From assembly GCA_044892525.1 (NCBI GenBank), contig CM097885.1:234548001-234612000 (forward strand): a DNA stretch of 64,000 bases, written 5' to 3'. Below, in pieces: positions 59,170 through 64,000 of this stretch. Origin of the DNA: Schmidtea polychroa (lineage: Eukaryota). The position numbers were made by a program, and so were the translations under genes. The notes beneath the pieces are model-generated. The model did not search any database, was not told the DNA's origin, and saw nothing but the letters and a program-made list of their open reading frames with translations. Position 1 is the stretch's first letter, and each line of letters starts with the position of its first letter.

Positions 59170-60140
59170 AGAGATGATGGATTGGCCCCGTTTGCAGGAT
59201 GAAATGAGTGAAACAGATTTGCATTTCAAATCCCCACACCATAATAAAAGATTGTTCTGTGGCTGGTTCACGGATTTGTTGGACATATTATGGATACAAC
59301 TAGGCAACAGAGATTGGCCTTTTAAGGCGGAGTCAACAAAAAAATTACTTAAGTGCCTTGCAGGTTATTTTGATAAAGTTGGAGGAGTGTCCCGATAGGC
59401 AATATTATGCCTTGCCTCCATCGTGATTTGTTATGAAGGTTTAGTCTTTAAATTCTAGTGCCGTACAGGCCTAAAAATTAGTTAACATATTCTGTTCATT
59501 TTGTTTTCAAATAATTATATATGTAGTCAATAAATAATCGTATCAGTATTTCACACTTTGCGCATCGATATATTAATATGATCTAATTCCAGAATTTGAT
59601 CAATGCTGAATTTTTTAATAGTCTCTTAAACCATTCATTGACATTACTTCTTTACATTACCTTCGATTTCTAAACTCTTATTTCAGGAACTTAGAATGTA
59701 TACAGAGAGTGAAAGGTCCAGAAAAGATGCGCCTAATTTTTATTGGCAAAAAACTGGCAATACCAAGCTAAGTGATTCTTCCCGACTAAATTTGACGTCG
59801 ACGGAAAGGAAATGGGGCTTTTAGAAAGCAACTGATCTAGTGATAACTGGGCGTACAAACACTGAAGTTAGCACAACTGTCTCAATCGTGAGTTGAAAAT
59901 CAACAAGTTGTGGATAATTACTTAGCTGAATCGGTAGTTCCACCATATACGTACAACCATCTAGAACTTTTCCGTAGGATTGAATCATCGAACTAAGAAG
60001 TGTATATACACCACTAAAAAGTAAAACCAACTACACATTAATTCGATGCACCTCTTTATCAGGTCCACAAGCTAGTTAACGTCTCCGCCAATGGCAAGAA
60101 GATCGTCTCCTAAATAGAATTCTTAACCTTTTAATATCGA
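59170..60140 (-). mobile_element. Possible heavily decayed non-LTR retrotransposon RT fragment
   Basis: GC-richer patch; RILF/(frameshift)GDDLLAIG..LVDLIKRCIE near 60050-60125 resembles the RT (Y/F)ADD region. Confidence 0.3.
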
Positions 60141-61812
60141 ACGTAGCATATTTGTAATATTTTGTTGACAAGTGTCTGGTACAGTAAATATACAGGTTTT
60201 GGAACCACAAATCGAAAGACAATGTGAAGATTTAATAACATTTAAAAATATAAAAGTTTATATATTTTTTCATGTAATGCAGATTTTATATTGTTAATAA
60301 CTACAAATAAAAAGAATAACGACATAATTATTAATTTTTGGTGGGTTACAGATAATCTACATTTTACATTTTCGTGCTCCTTCCAGTGTAACCGAGAATA
60401 CGAGAATGGTGTACCGCTCGATACCCGTTAAGTGATCAACGTTGGAACTGTGAGGTGAGCATTTGAGTGAGTACTGTCAAATAGCAAGCGTACCTTTGTA
60501 CACTATAATCGGCAAGTACTCGAGCGTATTCGCGGACTGCCGATAGAAGGCCTATGTCCGAATTCCTTTTAGGTCCCCTTTGTTGGTCACCTATTAACCA
60601 AAATTCAGCATTTAAAGTCTTATAATCTTTGTATATAAATGTGATTTAGGTATGTGGCCCAGACCCAAGGTGAACAAACAATCGCCTTGGGTCCTGCGCT
60701 TTGACTAAACATTTTTTACTACTTTTTACAATTTTAATACTAATATGTGTTGAGGTTCTTAAATCGGAACTTCATGGTTCCTATATAAATAAGAACACAG
60801 ACACTGGTTCAATAAATTTATTTGATTATCACAATTACAAATTATATAATATAAAATTAACAATCACCTCAAAGAAATAATTAGTCTTTTTATATATGCG
60901 TGTGTATGTGTATGTGTATGTGAATGCTTGCAGCTTCCTGAGCTTGGATGCCCATATAGATATGCTCTAAATTATATTGCAATATCAATTTCTGAATTTG
61001 CAATTCTTCAAAGAAGCCTTTATTTTTTGGGTGATTTGACTGAGAAATCAGTCTACTTATATATAAAATCTTTGTTGACCCTCCATTTCGAATGTCAATA
61101 CACTCTGTTCTGTGAAAGTCAATAGAATTTCTGTTTTAAAAGTGCAGATTTTATTTGTTACTATTTTTGGAATTATCCCTTTATCCAGCATTTTTAATGT
61201 ATTTTAGTTTGGTATTGATAGACAAAATTGATCTAAAATAATTAATCATCAAAGTAAATCAATAAAAGTGCTTTCAATAAGTATTTTTAAAATATCAGTA
61301 ATAAATTTTAAAATATATTCAATTCAAATCTATATGTAAAAACAGTTTAAAAACACAAAGAAATCATGGTGGAGGATTAATTATATTTGTTAGTCCATCA
61401 AAGAAATAATTTTTTGATTTTAATATTATAAATAAATAATTTGCATTGTATTTGATTTCGTATGTCTTTATGATTTTAGATATATTTTCTTTTATCATGG
61501 ATTCCAATGTAGATTGTAAACAACAATAGTCAATTTGTTTGAAGCCCTCGACTCAATAGAATGATTTTTATTATTATCTAATCCAGATTTCTATGGGAAC
61601 ATTTTTATGAAAATTTTTAATTATCTTAATTCGATATAATTCAATAATAATTATGAAAATGTAATTAAAAATATTATTTTTCACTGCTACTGAATTTTTT
61701 TTTTAAATAAAATAAATATAATCAACCAAATGGTTGACTCCTCTTTTTTCCTCAATGTAAATAATCAACATATGTTGATAGAAATAATAATAATAATAAT
61801 AATAATTATAAT

Positions 61813-61913
<101 letters not shown>

Positions 61914-62239
61914 TAACAAACAACATCTATTAAAATATAAATTTTACTTAAAACAAACCCATAGATTTTTAAAATCAGATTAATAATAGTATATTGATGG
62001 TTTCAATTAAAGTCATTTTTATCGTTGAAACATTAATGTAATTTTAGGAATAAACAGAATCAAAAAACGTAAAAAAGTTCTTTTTTGTATATTTTCGATA
62101 AATATTTATTCAATTATAAAACAAAATTATAGACTTTTTCATAAACATTACTTTTTGAAAAGAAACTGCAAACGTCTGTGATCTTGATCAAATTTATTAA
62201 TTACTTTGTCCATTATTTTTCGCTTTTTTTACTGTCATT

Positions 62240-62545
62240 GATTTTGTCACGATGAACACTCATCATGCAAAGTCTATTTTCACACATTGTTGACCTTTGC
62301 CACGTTTTGACTCTTCTCAGTGTACTAAATGATCTTTAAATGTTAAAGCAATAAGAAATGCTTTCTTAATAGCTGGAAAAAAGTCTGTGAATTGTAATAA
62401 ATCCATCATTCCATCGTGATTTTTGAATTCAAAATCCGACTTTTTATTTGACCACATCTCAAACCAAGTGCTTGCCTTAGCATCAAAGTTTTCAATTTGA
62501 TAGTATCCTTTTGAAAGATCCTTCTTCACCTTTTCAAATTCCTCT
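62240..62545 (-). mobile_element. hAT transposase C-terminal dimerisation-domain relic
   Basis: FFPAIKKAFLIALT / RSFSTLRRVKTWQRSTMCENRL..MMSVHRD. Confidence 0.8.
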
Positions 62546-62559
62546 TCTATATCTTTTTT

Positions 62560-63311
62560 TACCTAATCTCCTTAATTCGTTTTTATCTTTAGCCTATTCT
62601 CGTTTCTTCTTATTCTAACTGAGGTAAAATGCCGATTTGCTCTGATTTTCCCATACCTTATATACTCTTCGAAATCGGGATGACAAATGGTTATTGCCGA
62701 GCCAATCTCTCACTTGACATTCGACTCCATATATCTACTTAGCCTGTCACCCATAATGGTCCAATGAACAAAGATAATTATTGGCCTATCCGGCCTTTCT
62801 ACACGCACTATCTTCTTCTTGGTCTTTTCCCATTAATCATTGTGTCACGATAATGGGCCCAAATCTTCCTTCTATTTACTTTTCTCTTTGCTTACCCAAC
62901 TCGGGTTTCCTTCATCTCTTGGGTTCTCCATTAGCTCGGGTTTCTATTAGCCAATTAATTAATTAATTAACATTTTCTGTTTTAACACATTTGAATGCTT
63001 TTCGACCCTTTCTATTCATTTTCTGATAAATCCCTTATCATCATCTTGTTGACCATTAGCTAATCTATACCTGTCCCGTTTTCCCAATTCAATTTCGATG
63101 ATTTTACAATTTATTGATTTTCTCGGATTTCCGGATTCTTACCTTTCACAATTGCCTTTGCCATTTCCTAATACTGTTGTCATCATACTTTCCTTTATTA
63201 TCAATTCTGTGCATGATCACAATTTTATTCGTCTTTTTCCTTCACTTACTTTTTATTTAAATTTTCAACCTAAATTTCATTTAAATTCATTTTTATTTAC
63301 TGACCTCAACA
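62560..63311 (-). mobile_element. Possible truncated solo LTR
   Basis: Starts TGTTGAGGTC; strongly purine-skewed; CCAAT-like motifs followed by TATATAAGG; no ORF. No matching 3' CA end or TSD found. Confidence 0.35.
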
Positions 63312-63679
63312 ATATAATTTAATCAATTATTAAATAAATTTTTATTGGGCACCTGTAACTTTAAAACATAGTTACAAATAATGAGCTACAGTGGCTTTGA
63401 AAGGTTATTGAAGTCAAAATGAGTTGGAGTACTCACATCGTACTACGATATTTCTTTCAACTTAAATATTCTATTTAAATTTAGCAAGTAAATCAAAAAT
63501 CAAGAAAAAAATTAAAATTAATTGAGCTCTTGCAAATATGATTTGTCTTTCGTTAATGCCAAATTGTTTATAATTTATTATTTTATATTTTCATCCAATA
63601 ACAAATCAAATAATTTTAAAATTAAAAAAATGTATAACTATTAATAAAATATATAACATTTAATTTAAACAAAATTAAA

Positions 63680-64000
63680 ATGATAAATATTAATGATAAA
63701 TATAAACACATTCAAACCCTTCAGTCATCAACAACAAGTGAAGTATATATTGCTGAAAATAATTCCCAGTACAATAAAAGGAAAAAGACTGTAGTGATTA
63801 AAAGAATCCACAAATCTGTAAATAGGTTATTTGTAGAGAATTCAAAATATCCATTTCGTATTCCATTGGAAATGCTTTTTAATCAATTGATCAATGATGA
63901 TGAAATTTGCCCTAAACTTCTTGATTTCTTTCAAGACGACAAAGAATTTTCGATTGTTATGGAACATTTGACCGGTAAATGGGTTGAACTAGATGAGTAC
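63680..64000 (+). CDS. PIM-like serine/threonine kinase, N-lobe (runs off the window)
   Basis: 107 open codons: MININDKYKHIQTLQSSTTSEVYIA..VVIKRIHK..RIPLEM..PKLLDFFQDDKEFSIVMEH..VELDEY (cf. PIM RVPMEV..RLLDWFE..F.LILER). Absent from the ORF track because there is no stop in the window. Confidence 0.75.
   Translation, partial: MININDKYKHIQTLQSSTTSEVYIAENNSQYNKRKKTVVIKRIHKSVNRLFVENSKYPFRIPLEMLFNQLINDDEICPKLLDFFQDDKEFSIVMEHLTGKWVELDEY

Noticed and set aside
60500..60570. tRNA or tRNA-derived SINE head (GCGGACTGCCGATAGAAGGCCTATGTCCGAATTCC)
   Set aside because: No cloverleaf, degenerate B-box, single copy in the window.

Overview
Very AT-rich eukaryotic (animal-like) genomic DNA in the standard genetic code, with mostly 41-57 nt GT-AG introns. 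The species cannot be determined from this window. (1) 1-29690 is a near-identical tandem array of a ~8.44 kb unit (starts at 1, 8441, 16933, 26286; the last unit is cut by a 240-N gap). Each full unit carries a decayed SPIN/GTF2IRD2-type hAT transposase, an 11-bp VNTR and a dense cluster of intronless RING-finger genes: one intact 217-aa gene (two in unit 3) among at least three dead paralog fragments. (2) 30487-50355 (-) is a multi-exon ARMH3/C10orf76 orthologue whose last exons I could not find. Its introns hold MITEs, mariner, hAT and Penelope relics, microsatellites, a ~240-bp inverted repeat, and a small repeat with a minimal type I hammerhead ribozyme preceded by a U1-5'-end-like motif and a GAAA hairpin. 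(3) 51546-58833 (-) is a KIF15/kinesin-12 orthologue whose start codon appears split by an intron. (4) 59-64 kb holds TE relics and the start of an apparently intronless PIM-like kinase. All homology calls are from motif recognition, not database searches.
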